Positions 27,389 through 40,656 of a stretch of DNA of 64,000 nucleotides are shown here, piece by piece. Source of the stretch: Eledone cirrhosa (Eukaryota); the NCBI GenBank assembly GCA_964016885.1, contig OZ024741.1, forward strand, positions 377,952,001 to 378,016,000. Reading direction: 5' to 3'. How positions within the stretch are numbered: the stretch's first letter is position 1; each line of letters begins with the position of its first letter. Made by a program: the position numbers and the translations under genes. Under the pieces are notes generated by a model. It searched no databases, had not been told where the DNA came from, and saw only the letters and a program-made list of their open reading frames with translations.

Positions 27389-28969
27389 CTGTGTGAAATG
27401 TGGATAATAAAAAAAGTAATGAATAGGAAGTGGATACTTAGAGTATTTATAATATATTGCAAAATATGCGCGTTTGTGCTTTGTTTTTAAATGAAGCCTT
27501 GCTGATCGAATACCTGGATCATTGTTTGAACCGCTTATATTTTGCTATTTAGGAATACGAATTCTGATCATGGAAAATTTAATTCATATTTTATAACTGA
27601 ATCATTGGAATATCGGTTCATATTCATACCTGTCATATATCTCTTTGATGACAAATCTAATTGAAATCCAATCGATACTTTTATCTGATATTGGGATTCT
27701 CATATTGTTTTGTCAGCAATATCATCAATGATTTATATACCAAGGCATATAAACAGAAATGAATAACTCAGCATTGTAAAATAGATAGGGTTAAATGTAT
27801 GACATGTATATTTCTATGAATGTCGCAGGTCACATTATTTGAATAAAAAAAAACCCTGGATCATTTCCGTCAAGCTATCCATGCTTCAATTTATTAACTA
27901 CTGTTAGGACTGTATGTGGGCATTAATCTTCTATGTCTGTGTGGGTTATGGATATTCTAAAACTAATATGATTTAAGGGATAATATTTCATGGATATCAA
28001 CTATCAATAACTTTATTGATTGTGTTGTGATTTACATTTCACTCGGGCCTAATATTTCACAATACAAATGTCATACTTTTGTATTATGTTTTTATGACAA
28101 AAAACTGTGGTAAAACAGTATTTTTCTTTTTTTCTTTTTTGCTATTGTTCTTCAACTAAGTTAGTTTGGAATCATAGAATGGTTTCACATATACTACCTT
28201 TCGGGTGTAACAGTACCGCCGCTCTGAGAGAAAGTTTGCCTTCAAACAAGATTGCAAATGCATTTTTGTCAACATAGATATTACTCAATGAAAGTTTTCA
28301 ATTTAGTCCATAGCATCGTACTCTCGAAATATATATTTTAAATTATGAAGTACAATGTTTATAACAATATCTAAAGTTCCTTAGAATGAGATAAAAGAAT
28401 ATTCACGGCTCAAAACCCTCCACAGTTCCTGAAATGTCTTTAACAATTAACTACCCTTTTATGAAATTGCCCTGTAAAAGGCGGCATTCGGCACACACTA
28501 TAGATATTTGAAAAACATATTTCATACATCGATCTAAGTTAATGCAAATTCTGTAGAGAGCAGAATTTTATTTTCTCATTCTCGATTAAAGAAACATTAT
28601 AATAATAAAGAAATAGGATTTCGATTCAAGCATAGCTTTATACAATATGGGTAAATATTTCGTATCTCCAAAGAAATACGGTTTTAGGAAGCCGTAGCTA
28701 TTCCACCACCGGGGGGGGGGGGGCTAACGCTCTCAGGTAATGTCCAGCAGAAGCAAGGGAGACAACCGTCTATGCATTTCAGGCTTAACTGGCCTTCGTC
28801 ATGACGGCCCTCCCACCGCTTGCGACTGCTGGACTAGAAGACAGGAGAGAAAATATACTTTTCTCGTCTGTGTATATGAATCTGCATAAGTTGGCTCAAC
28901 TTATAATAAAAAGGAAATAGGATTTCGCTTCAAGCATAGCTTTATACAATATGTAGAAATATTTCGTAT

Positions 28970-31900
28970 CTCCAGTTTGTGCAGTAATGGCTCGAGAGTC
29001 AATACGTACAAGAGGGACGAGAGGGCACATCATTGGCGGACCGAGTGCTTAATGTTGAAAGGTTCCGAAAGGTGACAGTAACACTCTCACCACAGAGCAG
29101 ATGTCGCTGTGCATGGCAGCGATGCAGCCTCTGAAGACGGGCCCAAAGCCAGTCGCCCTCAGGACTGCCGCTAGGTAACGATGGTTGACCCTATCGAAAG
29201 CTTTCGACTGATATAAATTGATCAAGGACCCACCCTTGCCAGGTTCCCTAGCTACCATCTCCACGATGTATCGCATGAGGTGGAGGTTGTCGTGGATGGA
29301 TATTTTGGGAATGGCGCATGTCTGCGCCTCTCCCACCAGACCACCAACCACAAGCGGCAACCTCTTTGCTAGCAGCTTGGCCAAAATCTTGAACTCTGTG
29401 TTAAGCAGAATTATGGGCCTGAAATTATCTGTTATCCCCCTTGTTAGGATCCTTTCTCAGCAGCGCCACCGCTCCTCGACTCACAGAGCTGGGAATTCTC
29501 CAGTTCTGTTGCCAGTTGCTGTAGACGTCCGCCAAGAGGCCTCCGAACAAGTCTGGCATATGTACGTAAAGTTCATAGGGCAGACTATCCAGACAAGGCG
29601 ATTTAACCCTTGTGCAGCCAGTCATTGCTTCCCGGACTTCAGCGGCTGTTATCGGCTTTTTCACAACACTCCGCCGCAGTGGCCGAGAGCTGCGGCAGTG
29701 CGTCGATGTAGACTCTAAAGTCCATTCCTCGATCCGGCCCGCCGCTGCCCCCAAACATCTTAGCGAAGTGTCGCTGAAAAGCTTCAAACATTTTCCCGGG
29801 TTCGAGTAGCATGCGCCCGCGTGATCCACCAAAGACAGAATCGTGGCTTTGTTGCCACGACGCGCCTCCGCCACTCGGGCCCATTGAACTGCTTTCGTCC
29901 CCTCCTGTCTGAGAGCACGTACCCTAGCTCTGACAACGTAGCCTTCGTGCTTTGCATTGAAGAATTGGTCAAGGTTCATTTTTGCCGCAAGTACGTCGCT
30001 CGCGATGCCTTTGCTAAGCGCCTCGTCTAATTTTCTAACTAATTCTCCCTATAGGTAAAGCATTACTAAACCTAATGGACTCTATTCTAATCGCTCTTTT
30101 CAGAGCAAACCACCATTTGTTGTTAACGATGGCCCCCGTCAACGCCCACCTAACTAGTTCGCTACTACTGTCTCTGATCCCTTGCGCGCTGGTAAGGACG
30201 TGTTTAGCTTCCAGTAGCCGGGTCCTCGTCTATGAAGCCTATCTAAGTCAAGCACACATATCACTAATTTGTGGTCCGTGTAGCTGACTATCTTGAATTG
30301 TGTACAGCCTATGCTATACCTATCTATTTCCATACAAAATACTCTATCTAGATACGATCTGGATGACCCGATTGGGTTTGTCCAAGTCCACATTGGCACA
30401 TTCGGGAAATCCAATCAGTACCTGCCAGACAGTTCAAAACGCCTGAGCAGGTTGGTGAGGCTCTTGCACCCTTCTCCCCTATCCTCTAATCCCACACAGT
30501 CCCAGCGTGCATCTAAGATCCCGTTCCAGTCGCCCACTATCACTAAAGAGCGGGACGTTCCGAGAAAGATCTCCGGAAGCCGGAAGAAATCAGGCCGCCC
30601 TGCTCCTCTCGGGGCATAGACGGTCACTAGCCTGAAAGCTTGCCCGTCTCCGCTGGTCACGTCCAGCACCACCAACTTACCTTCTGGGTCCAGGAGATGA
30701 CCCGTATGGCGAGATCCAAACCTCTACGAAAAAGCACAGCAACTCCCGCCCCCGATCCCGGACGGCTGGGAGATGCGTACACATCGTAGCCGCCGACGAT
30801 CGGTGCGAAGGCCCGTGCTTCGGAGATTCTGGTCTCGCTGATGGCCACTGCATCTATGTTTAGTGACCTCAGGTCGTTGAGCAGGTGGCCCTGCTTCCAT
30901 GACGACCCCAAGCCACGCGCATTTTTTTCTGCCTATTCTGAGTGAGGTCATGTTGAAATGGAGTGGAAAAGATGGGAAAGACCACTTACCTTGCTTTTCG
31001 TAGAAGAAGGATGGTTTCTCCATCCTTTTCACAGCTTGTGGCCTCCTCCGGAAGGATGTCCTTATAAATTCTCCTGGAGAGTGCTTGTCGGAAGTCTCCG
31101 ATGTCTTTGGGGAATTTTTGTTTCAGTGTCCGTTTTCTGTGTGAGGCGAGTGATTTGTATGTGTGGAGGTGGTGTGAACTTTTGGAGTGTTGTGTAGTCT
31201 TTTTTCTGTGATGCTGGTGTTGGAGGTAGAGTAATAATTGATTGCTCTTCAAATTTAATGCTGTGTAGTGTGTTTTGTTTGGGATTGTTTGGGTTTGTTT
31301 CTATTTCGCTTTTTGGCGACTTTTCTGGTGTTGGTGATGGTGGTATTGGGCTTAATGATGGTGTTGCTGTTTGTGGTGATGGGGTTGGTGATGCTAGTGT
31401 GGATGGTGGCATAGCTGTCCTAACTTTTTTTGTTTGTTAGTTTATTTGTTTCTCTCTGTATTTTGTTTTTGGAGGGGGAAGGAAGGGGATATTTTTCTTT
31501 TTTGGCTTCTTTTTCTTTTTTTATTTTTTCCTGATCTGGTTTCCCACTCCTCGTCGTCACAATCTGTCTCCAGTTGTGATAGGTCGGGGAGTGGAAAATC
31601 CTCCACAGGCGCTGGTTATGGTTGTGGCGTGGTGGATGGTGTAGGTGCTGGTGCTAGTTCTGAAGCGTTGGGTGGTGGTGGTGTTGGTTTTGCTACTGTT
31701 GATGGGGTTGTTGCTGTTATAGTTGCTTCTGTTGTTGCTGCTACAGTTGTTGCTGGTGGTGGTATTTACGATTGAGTCACTGGGGTGGGATAGAGAGGTG
31801 GCCTCAACATTTTAGCCTGAGAGCAGAAAGCGCTTAGGTGGGTTCCTTTACCACAAACGACACACCTAGGCCTTCTACCCTCGGCGATTACGGTGAGGTG

Positions 31901-34338
31901 GCTGCCGTCAGTGAGGTCTATTACCTCTGGGCTCTCCTCAATGGCCCGTATGGCAAGATCCAAACCTCTCCGAAAAAGCACCGCAACTCCCCCCCCCCCC
32001 CGATCCCGGACGGCTGGGAGATGCGTACACATCTTATCCGCCGAAGATTGGTGCGAAGGCCCGTGCTTCGGAGATTCTGGTCTCGCTGATGGCCACTACA
32101 TCTATGTTTAGTGACCTGAGGTCGTTGAGCAGGTGGCCCTGCTACCATGACGACCCCAAGCCACGCGCATTTATGCTGCCTATTCTGAGTGAGGTCATGT
32201 TGAAATGGAGTGGAAAAGATGAGAAAGACCACTTACCTTACTTCTCGTAGAGTAAGGACGGTTTTTCCATCCTTTTCACTGCTTGTGGCCTCCTCAGGAA
32301 GGATGTCCTTATAAATCCTCCTGGAGAGTGCTTGTCGGAATTCTCCGATGTCTTTGGGGAATTTTTTGTTTTAGTGTCATGTACGTATTCTGTGTGATGC
32401 GTGTGATTTGTATGTGTGGAGGTGGTGTGAATGTTTGGGTTGTTGTGTAGTCTGTTTCTGTGATGCTGGTGTTGTGTTGGATGTAGTGTAATAATTGGTT
32501 GTTGTTCAAATTTATTGCTGTGTAGTGTGTATCGTTTTGGTTGTTTTGTTTTGTTTGCATTTGTTGTGGGTTTGTTTCTGTTTCGCATTTTGATGACTTT
32601 TGTGGTGTAGGTAATGGTGGTGTTGGGGTTAATGATGGTGATGGTGTTGGTGTTTGGGGTGATGGGGTTGCTGATGCTGGTGTGGATGGTGGCATATCTG
32701 TCCTAACTTTTTTGTTTCTTAATTTATTTGTTTCCCTCCGTATTTTGTTTTTGGAGGGGGAAGGAAGAGAATTGTTTTCTTTTGGGGTTTCTTTTTTTCT
32801 TTTTTCCTGATACCGTTTCCCACTCCCCGTCGTCACAATCTGTCTCCAGTTGTGATAGGCCGGGGAGTGGAAAATCCTCCACAGTCGTTAGTTGTGGTTG
32901 TGGCGTGGTGGATGGTGTAGGCTCTGGTGCTAGTTCTGAAGCGTTGGGTGGTGGTGGTGTTGGTTTATCTACTGTTGCTGGGGTTGTTGCTGTTATAGTT
33001 GCTTCTGTTGTTGCTGCTACAGTTGTTGCTGGTGGTAGTGTTGACGATTGAGTCACTGGGGTGGGATAGAGGGGTGGCCTCAACATTTAAGCATGAGGAC
33101 AGAAAGCGCATAGGTGGGTTCCTTCACCACAAACTACACGCCTAGGCCTTCTACCCTCGGCAATTACGGTGAGGTGGCTGCCGTCAGTGAGGTCTATTAC
33201 CTCTGGGCTTTCCTCAATGCTTTTTTGGCCCGCTTGGATCAGGAGCTCCATCCCAGATCCGGACCAGTTCTCCTGCTTTTCTTTTGCTATTTCGATTATT
33301 TTGGTGTTGGCCCCGATGCCGGCGAGGACGGCAGCCATTAGCCAGGGAATTTCGATGGCCGGTGGAACGTGGGTCACCCTGATCTTTACGTGTCTCTGAC
33401 CACAATAGCTTGGGACGAGTGTGAAGTCGTTGCTTCTTAATGGGGCAATGGAGTGCTCTCTGGCCTCCTGTGCTTTTCCAAAGAACACGTCCACGGTTCC
33501 ATATTTCTGCCCACGTCTCATGTGAGTTTTTGTTACCCACACATGTCCCGAAGCTTTTTGGATTTGGGACTCGGATGCCCGTTCCACTCGGCGCGATTTT
33601 ATGTTAATCGTCCGATAAGACACGGTGTATAGGCGCCGATGCTCCATTTTATTAGGTGGGGGTGGGTGAGGCTGACCCTGTACCCATCTTTCTTACCATT
33701 CTCTTAGCTTCATCTTGGCAAACGATACAGTGTTGTTATTCTCATTGTTGTTGTCGCTGTTGTTGTTATTGTCATTTTTGTTATTGTTATTTTTAGTGTC
33801 AGTTGTGGTGGTGGTGGCGTCAGTGCTGTTCGGTGTGGAAAAGTCGATTCTTGGTGAATCCATTTCGATGTCACGAGATCATTAATTTTGTTTTTGTTTC
33901 TGTTGTCGCTGTGATGGTGGTGCTGGTGGGGTGGGCGGGGATTTAACACCTGCAGTCATTGGTAATGGCGGGGAATGAATGTCTGCATGAGACAAATTTA
34001 AATTATTGCTACTGCTTATATTTTTAGAGTTGGCAAACATAGTAATATTTACAATGGTGGTGTTGGTGTGAGGTGTTAGTTTGTGAGGAAGGCTGTCAGC
34101 CTTGTGTAGCTGTGAGTCGTCCATGTTTTTTTCAAACTAATCTTTTGTTTGGTAATTATAAAACTTTAAATTTTGGGATCAAGGCCCCAATCGTTTTGAG
34201 TGTCCTTTTCCGCAAGCAAATTGTGTGACCTTATAAACACATAACAACAAAAATTGTCCATAAATGGCAGTTTGAAACAATTGAAAACAACATACCTTTG
34301 CGGAGCTCACGATGATACGATCTCCTACGTAGGTCGCC
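28970..34338 (-). mobile_element. Tx1/L1-clade retrotransposon, copy 3 (intact 5' end, internal ~1.27-kb duplication, 3' half of ORF2 missing)
   Basis: Same 5' end after (TTA)n. ORF1, then the start of ORF2, a jump back into mid-ORF1 at 31941-31943, then ORF1 end and ORF2 to the LEPLL..KLE motif. Confidence 0.92.
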
Positions 34339-34990
34339 AATAATAATATTAATAATAATAATAATAATAATAATAGGTGGATATAGTGTTATGGAATCGG
34401 TCCCGTGAGTTTTTGATTTTTACATATTTAAAACAACTGTGATAGAATAAGTCTTATTACAAATGTAACCTAAGTTTACAGTTTTTAACTCTCAGAAAGC
34501 GACAACGCATCACATTATTGCATAGGGCCACAATATTTAATATTTAATTTTTGATCAAAAATGTTATATTCAAAAAAGAGGGAAATCGCTACGTGGACAG
34601 ACAGGCAAATAATTTCCCCACCAACACGACCACCGCCGCCCCCACCATAACCACTACCACACAAAAAATCTAGCCAAGCCAATTGTTACTTCAACTTCTA
34701 TTTCTACTTCAACTTCAACACCATCACTACAGTACTACTATCACATCACCACCACCACCATCACCACCACCACCACTGCCTCAATCCCGCTACCACCACT
34801 ATTCTCTCCCACTACCTCCTGCTAAGACATAGGGATAGTAGTATTTCCACTAACTGAGGAAAGTATCAAAAGATATAAATAGACTGATTTGATGACCCGG
34901 TCAGAGGCAACAACAACAAAAACAAAAACATTATTGCCACTAAAACTCCCTCAAAGTGTTTAGTTTAAACGATGTCAAATCTAAACTACA

Positions 34991-35016
<26 letters not shown>

Positions 35017-35021
<5 letters not shown>

Positions 35022-35405
35022 TGTTTCCATTTTTTTTTCTTTGGTGCAGGGCCGGCAATTGCCCAGTGCATTGCTGGTGCTCTGTTTTATCGACCCCGTA
35101 TAAAATAATAATAATAATAATTGTTGCTGCTGCTTTTGTCACAGGGCCGGCGATTCCCCAGTGCATTGCTGGTGCTTTGTCTTGTCGGCCCCGTGGGGAT
35201 GGAGAGCAAAGTTAACCTCGGCTTATAATAATAATAATTGTTTCTACTTTAGGCACAAGGCCAGCAATTACCCAGTGCATTACTGGTACTTTATTTTATC
35301 GACCCCGTAAGGATGAAAGTCAACCTCGGCGGGATTTTAACTCAGATCGTAAAGGGAAGTAACTATGCTGGAAATCATGGTGTCCCACCCTCTACCGATA
35401 CTGCA
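35017..35405 (-). mobile_element. Cluster of three SINE copies or fragments separated by (TAA)n
   Basis: Pieces ~35017-35100, ~35118-35222 and ~35236-35405 match the reverse complement of the 4352-4540 SINE. Confidence 0.8.
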
Positions 35406-35679
35406 TAATAATAATGATAAGCAACAAGTCGAAACACATTTCAAAGGTTTTGAACGCAACAGCCCTACTTCTCATGAAGCTAAAATAAAAATAAATCACA
35501 AATCAAAACAGCACAGGAGCAACGAAAAGCGTAAAGAAAAGAAAAACAAACAAACAAACAAACAAACAAACAAAAAAACTAAGTCAGACATTCAAACATT
35601 ACATTACAATGAAACTTGTGTTTATTTTTTTAAGTTTTTACCTATTTATTTGTGTATTTATTTATGTTCGTCTACAGCG

Positions 35680-38600
35680 TGATAGTGCCAGGCTAAAATC
35701 ACCGGGTGTGATCAAATCACTGGGGGTGATGAAATCACCGGTGGTTATGTAACCATGCATTCACCAATCCTCGATATGAGTGTTTAAATATCGAACTTAA
35801 ACAGTTCGAATAACGGTGAAGTGGAGACTGGAATGTCATGTGACAGACTCTCACCCAGCAGGTGCTCCCTGGCCCATCAGCAGGGACCTGGCTGTCATCC
35901 AAATACTGTTGGTGTTGGAGGGAGAAGAAGAAGGAAAGCGACCAGCACCAACTGGACGAAATAATTGAATAGAACTGTTAATTCAATGTTACCTGAAGAG
36001 TAACCCCAGAGTAAAAGGCTATAGGAAACGGATGCATAGCATCCGGAACGAGATTGGTCTATTTAAATTAGATGAACAAACATTGGCCGGACAGGCTCGG
36101 GTAATAAGAACAAATGGGTGGATAAGCGAGCTGGAACTGGAGCAACTCAGCAGAGAGATTAGATTGGAAATGGAGAGTGGAGTATGCACGGCAAACGAGC
36201 CAGTGGGAAATGAAGATGAAGAGGTTGAGAGAACGGAGGAAGCATCCGAATGGGACAATGATCTGAATGCTGAAATAAATAATACCTGGAACAAAGATAC
36301 GGCCATTGAGGAAATGAATGCTGACGGGCTACGACAAAATTTGGTTGATATCCTAAACTTAGTGGTAGATGAAATGAACAATGATAGTGGGAAACCTATG
36401 AACCTAAGATTTGTAGACAGGAAAAAGTTAACAGAATCAACAGCTAAGTAAACAAAGTCATTCCATACCTTGGGGCGAGGAACCTTCACCAGTGCAACAA
36501 TATCCTCAAAGTAACAGCAAAGGCGGTGAGAAAGTTACTTGGCATAAAAGCGAGAGGAAACAACAGACAAGAAAGAGCAGAGCCTTGGTGGAAGAAACGA
36601 CTGAGTGGTCAAATCAGGGAAATGAGAAATGACATTGGAAAGCTAGAGTCCCTACAGAATGGGACACTACAAAACATAGACACTAAAAATAGACAGGAAA
36701 TAAAGTACAAAACTAGGAGGAAAAACGAAAAAAACTAAATATTATCATAGAGGAACTGAAGCAACGCATTGTTGCAAAGAGCGCAAAGATTAGGCGATAC
36801 GAGAGCAGAGTCAGACAGTATAGACAGAACCGCATGTTTGACGACAACCAGATGTTGTTTGAACAGTTTGAAGGAAAAGAAAGAGGCAACGACTTGATCC
36901 TTGAGGCGGAATAAACTAAGACATTCTGGAGATGAATATGGGAGCAGAATGTTGAACATAATGTGATCAGGCAGTGTCAATTGAGGCAGTACAAAAGGAG
37001 ATTAGTTAACAGGCACACCAACAAACTGATTTGAGTTGAAACTCTTAAGGGGCAGGCCAGAAAACTAACCAACTGGAAATCACCAAGCCCAGATGATGTG
37101 CACGGGTATTGGATTACAAATATAACATCCCTCCACCCGAAACTGACAACAATGTTCAATGACTGCTTGATGTCAGGTGAGGTACCAGCGTGGTTGACAA
37201 AATGTACCACAGTTCTGGTAATGAAAGTCCGAATCAAGGGTAATGATGTTACCAATTATCTACCTATCACATGTCTGTCCGAAATGTGGAAACTGTTGAA
37301 AAGCATTGTGTCTGAGGAAATCTACCATCACCTCCACACAAACAACTTGTTACCGGACGAACAGAAAGGATGCCGAAAGAAGTCACGTGGTACAAAGGAC
37401 CAGTTACTTATTGATAAGATGGTAATGAGGAATTGCCGGAGGAGACACACTGGTCTTGCCATGGGATGGATAGACTACAAAAAGACATTCGACATGGTAC
37501 CTCATTCTTGGATAACGAAAAGCCTAGAGATTTTCAGGGTGGCACATAACATCAGACAGTTGTTGAGCAAAAGTATGAAGTCCTGGAAAACAGAGTTAAT
37601 ATCGGGCGGAGAGTCCTTGGGAGGCATGAGGATCAAGAGAGGTATCTTCCAGGGAGATAGTCTGTCCCCTTTGTTGTTTGTCCTTGCCCGGATCATGGAC
37701 GATTTTAAGCTCTTCGGTAAGTGTGAGAAGGAGTTGGATGCGCTTGTTGACACTGTCCGTATTTTCAGCAATGCTATATGTATGCAATTTGTTATTAGTA
37801 AGTGGGGAGTCCTTGTGATGAAGAGGGGTAAATTGAGCAGAAGAAACGGAATCCAGGTACCAACAGGTGAGATGATAAAAGAAATTGATACTGAAGATGT
37901 ATACAAATATTTAGGTGTTCTGGAGGCCGATGACATCAAGAATAAAAAAATGAAGGAATTGATAAGAACTGAATACATTCGGAGAGTAAGGAGCGTATTA
38001 AAGTCACATCTGAACAGTAGGGATGCCATAAGTGCAGTAAATTCCCGAGCTGTGTCTATTATTAGGTACAGTGCGGGAATACTGAGATGGAATGTTGCTA
38101 AACAAAAAGAAATGGATAGGAAGACTAGGAAGCAATTGACTATCTACAACATGTTCCACAAGAGGAGTGATGTCGATAGACTCTACTTAAGGAGATCCGA
38201 AGGTGGAATAGGTCGTATCAGCATAGAGGACTGTGTTCAGATGGAGAAAAACAACCTACACAAATACGTGACTGATAGTAAGGAGCCAATGCTCAGAATT
38301 GTACTGAAGGAGAGGACAATAGACCGGGCGATGTCCAAGGAGGAAATAACAGCAAGGAGTTAGAGCAACCTTCATGAAGTGCCTTCTTTGAGAAAACTGA
38401 ATTTAGAGATCGACAGACATGGAACTGGTTGAAAATAGGAGACCCTAAAAAGGTTACAGAAGGAATGCTAATGGCTGCGGAAGAGCAGGCCCTCCAAACG
38501 AAGTGGCTGAAACACCATATTTACAAGGAGGAGGCTAGCCCACTATGTAGGATCTGTGGAGAGAGGGAGAGGAGACTGTGGCTCACTTGTATCCGAGTGT

Positions 38601-39189
38601 AAACACCTAGACCCTACTCACTATAAAGGCTGGAGACATGATGTGATGGACAGGGTGATCCACTGGCACCTATGCAAAGTAAACAATTCACCACATTCTG
38701 AGAAGTGGTTTGAGCATAAGCCAGAGTCGGTGACAGAAAACGATCAGGAGAAGATGCTGTGGTATTTTATGATACAGACGGACAAGAAACTGGAACACAA
38801 TAGACCTGACCTGGTGGTTTTGGACAAGGGAAATATCGTGCCTGATTGTGGATGTAGCCTGCCCATTCGACACGAGAGTGCAAGAGAAGGTGAGGGAGAA
38901 AATTATCCGATACCAGGACTTAAAGTGGGAGGTAAAAAGGATTTGGAACTGTCATTAGGTCAAAGTAGTCCCGATTGTCATAGGCGCACTAGGTACTATC
39001 TCAAATAGTTTCCAAGGATGGTGAAAGAACATTGGTCCCGGTTTTTGGAACACTTCAAAAGGCATGATTGCTGGTAACAGCAAGAACCCTCCGATACGTC
39101 CTGAATATCTGAGGCTGCAGGTAGTGGCTTGATATTCATTTCAACAAACTTTCCAGTTAAATAACATCAATGACTGAGACTCAAAGAAC
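35680..39189 (+). mobile_element. R4/Dong-like RLE-type non-LTR retrotransposon, near full length, degenerate
   Basis: N-terminal CYLKSNPRVKGYRKRMH, PWWKKRL, RT (YLPITCL, EQKGC, WIDYKKTFDMVPH, GIFQGDSLSPLLF, MDD), CRICG..ETVAH..SEC zinc knuckle, RPDLVVLDK..IVDVACP restriction-like endonuclease. (TAA)n tail. 5' boundary approximate. Confidence 0.9.
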
Positions 39190-39195
39190 AACAAC

Positions 39196-39228
<33 letters not shown>

Positions 39229-39241
39229 TAATAAAACAACT

Positions 39242-40595
39242 GAATCCAGGTACCAACATGTGAGATGATAAAGGAAATTGACACTGAGAAGGATACAAGT
39301 ATGTTGGTGTCCTTGTGGCTGATGACATCAAGAACAAAAAAATGAAGGAATTGATAAGATCTGAATACTTTCGGAAAGTAAGGAGCGTATTAAAGTCACA
39401 TCTGAACAGTAGGAATGCCATAAGTTCAGTGAATTCCCGAGCTGTGTCTATTATTAGGTACAGTGCGGGAATTCTGAGATGGAATGTGGCTGAACAAAAA
39501 GAAATGGATAGGAAGACTAGGAAGCTATTGACTATCTACAACATGTTCCACAAGAGGAGTGATGTCGATAGACTCTACTTACGGAGATCTGAAGGTGGAA
39601 GAGGTCTTATCAGCAGAGAGGATTGTGTTCAGATGGAGAAAAACAACCTCCACAAATACGTGACTGATAGTAAGGAGCCAATGCTCAGAACTGTACTGAA
39701 GGGGAGGACAATAGACCAGGGGATGTGCAAGGAGGATATAACAACATGGAGTAAGAATAGCCTTCATGAAAAATCCCTTAATAGTACCTTCTTTGAGAAA
39801 ACTGAATTCAGAGATCCACAGACATGGAACTGGTTGAAAAGAGAAGACCTTAAAAAAGCTACAGAATGAATGCTAATGGCTGCGCAAGAGCAGGCCCTAA
39901 AAACAAAGTGGTTGAAACACCATATTTACAAGGAGGAGGCTAGCCCACTGTACAGGATCTGTGGAAAGAGAGAGGAGACTGTGGCCCACATTGTATCCGA
40001 GTGTAAACACCTAGCCCAGACTCACTATAAGGGCTGGAGTGATGGGCAGGGTGATCCACTGGCACCTATACAAAGTAAACAATTTACCACATTCTGAGAA
40101 GTGGTATGAGCATAAGCCAGAGTCGGTGATAGAAAACGATCAGGTGAAGGTGCTGTGGGATTTTAGGATACAGACGGACAAGAAACTGGAACACAATAGA
40201 CCTGACCTGGTGGTTTTGGACAAGGAAAAAAAAAGATCGTGCCTGATTGTGGATGTGGCCTGCCCATTCGACACAAGAGTTCAAGAGAAGTAGAGGGAGA
40301 AAATTGTCCGATACCAGGACTTAAAGTGGGAAGTAAAAAGGATTTGGAACTGCCATGAAGTCAAAGTGCTCCCGATTGTCATAGGCGTACTAGGTACTAT
40401 CTCCAAATGTTTCCACGGAGAATTAAAGAAAATTGGTCCCGCCACGCTTTTTGGAACGCTTGAAAATGCATGTTTGCTGGGAATAGCAAGAACCCTCCGA
40501 TACGTCCTGAATATATGAGGCTGCTGGTAGTGGCTTGATATTCATTTCAACAAACTTTCCAGTTAACTAACATCAATGACTAAGACTCAAAGAAC
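39242..40595 (+). mobile_element. R4/Dong-like element, second tandem copy, 5'-truncated
   Basis: Homologous to 37849-39189. Same 3' end gactcaaagaac followed by (TAA)n. Confidence 0.92.
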
Positions 40596-40616
40596 AATAA
40601 TAATAATAATAATAAT

Positions 40617-40656
40617 GCTTTATTTATTAACCACAAGTGTTTACAGAAAGTAGACA
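40617..40656 (-). mobile_element. 40-bp 3'-terminal stub of the Tx1-like LINE
   Basis: Minus strand tgtctactttctgtaaacacttgtggttaataaataaagc(att)n matches the LINE 3' end tgtctactttatgtaaacccttgtggttaataaa. Confidence 0.8.
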
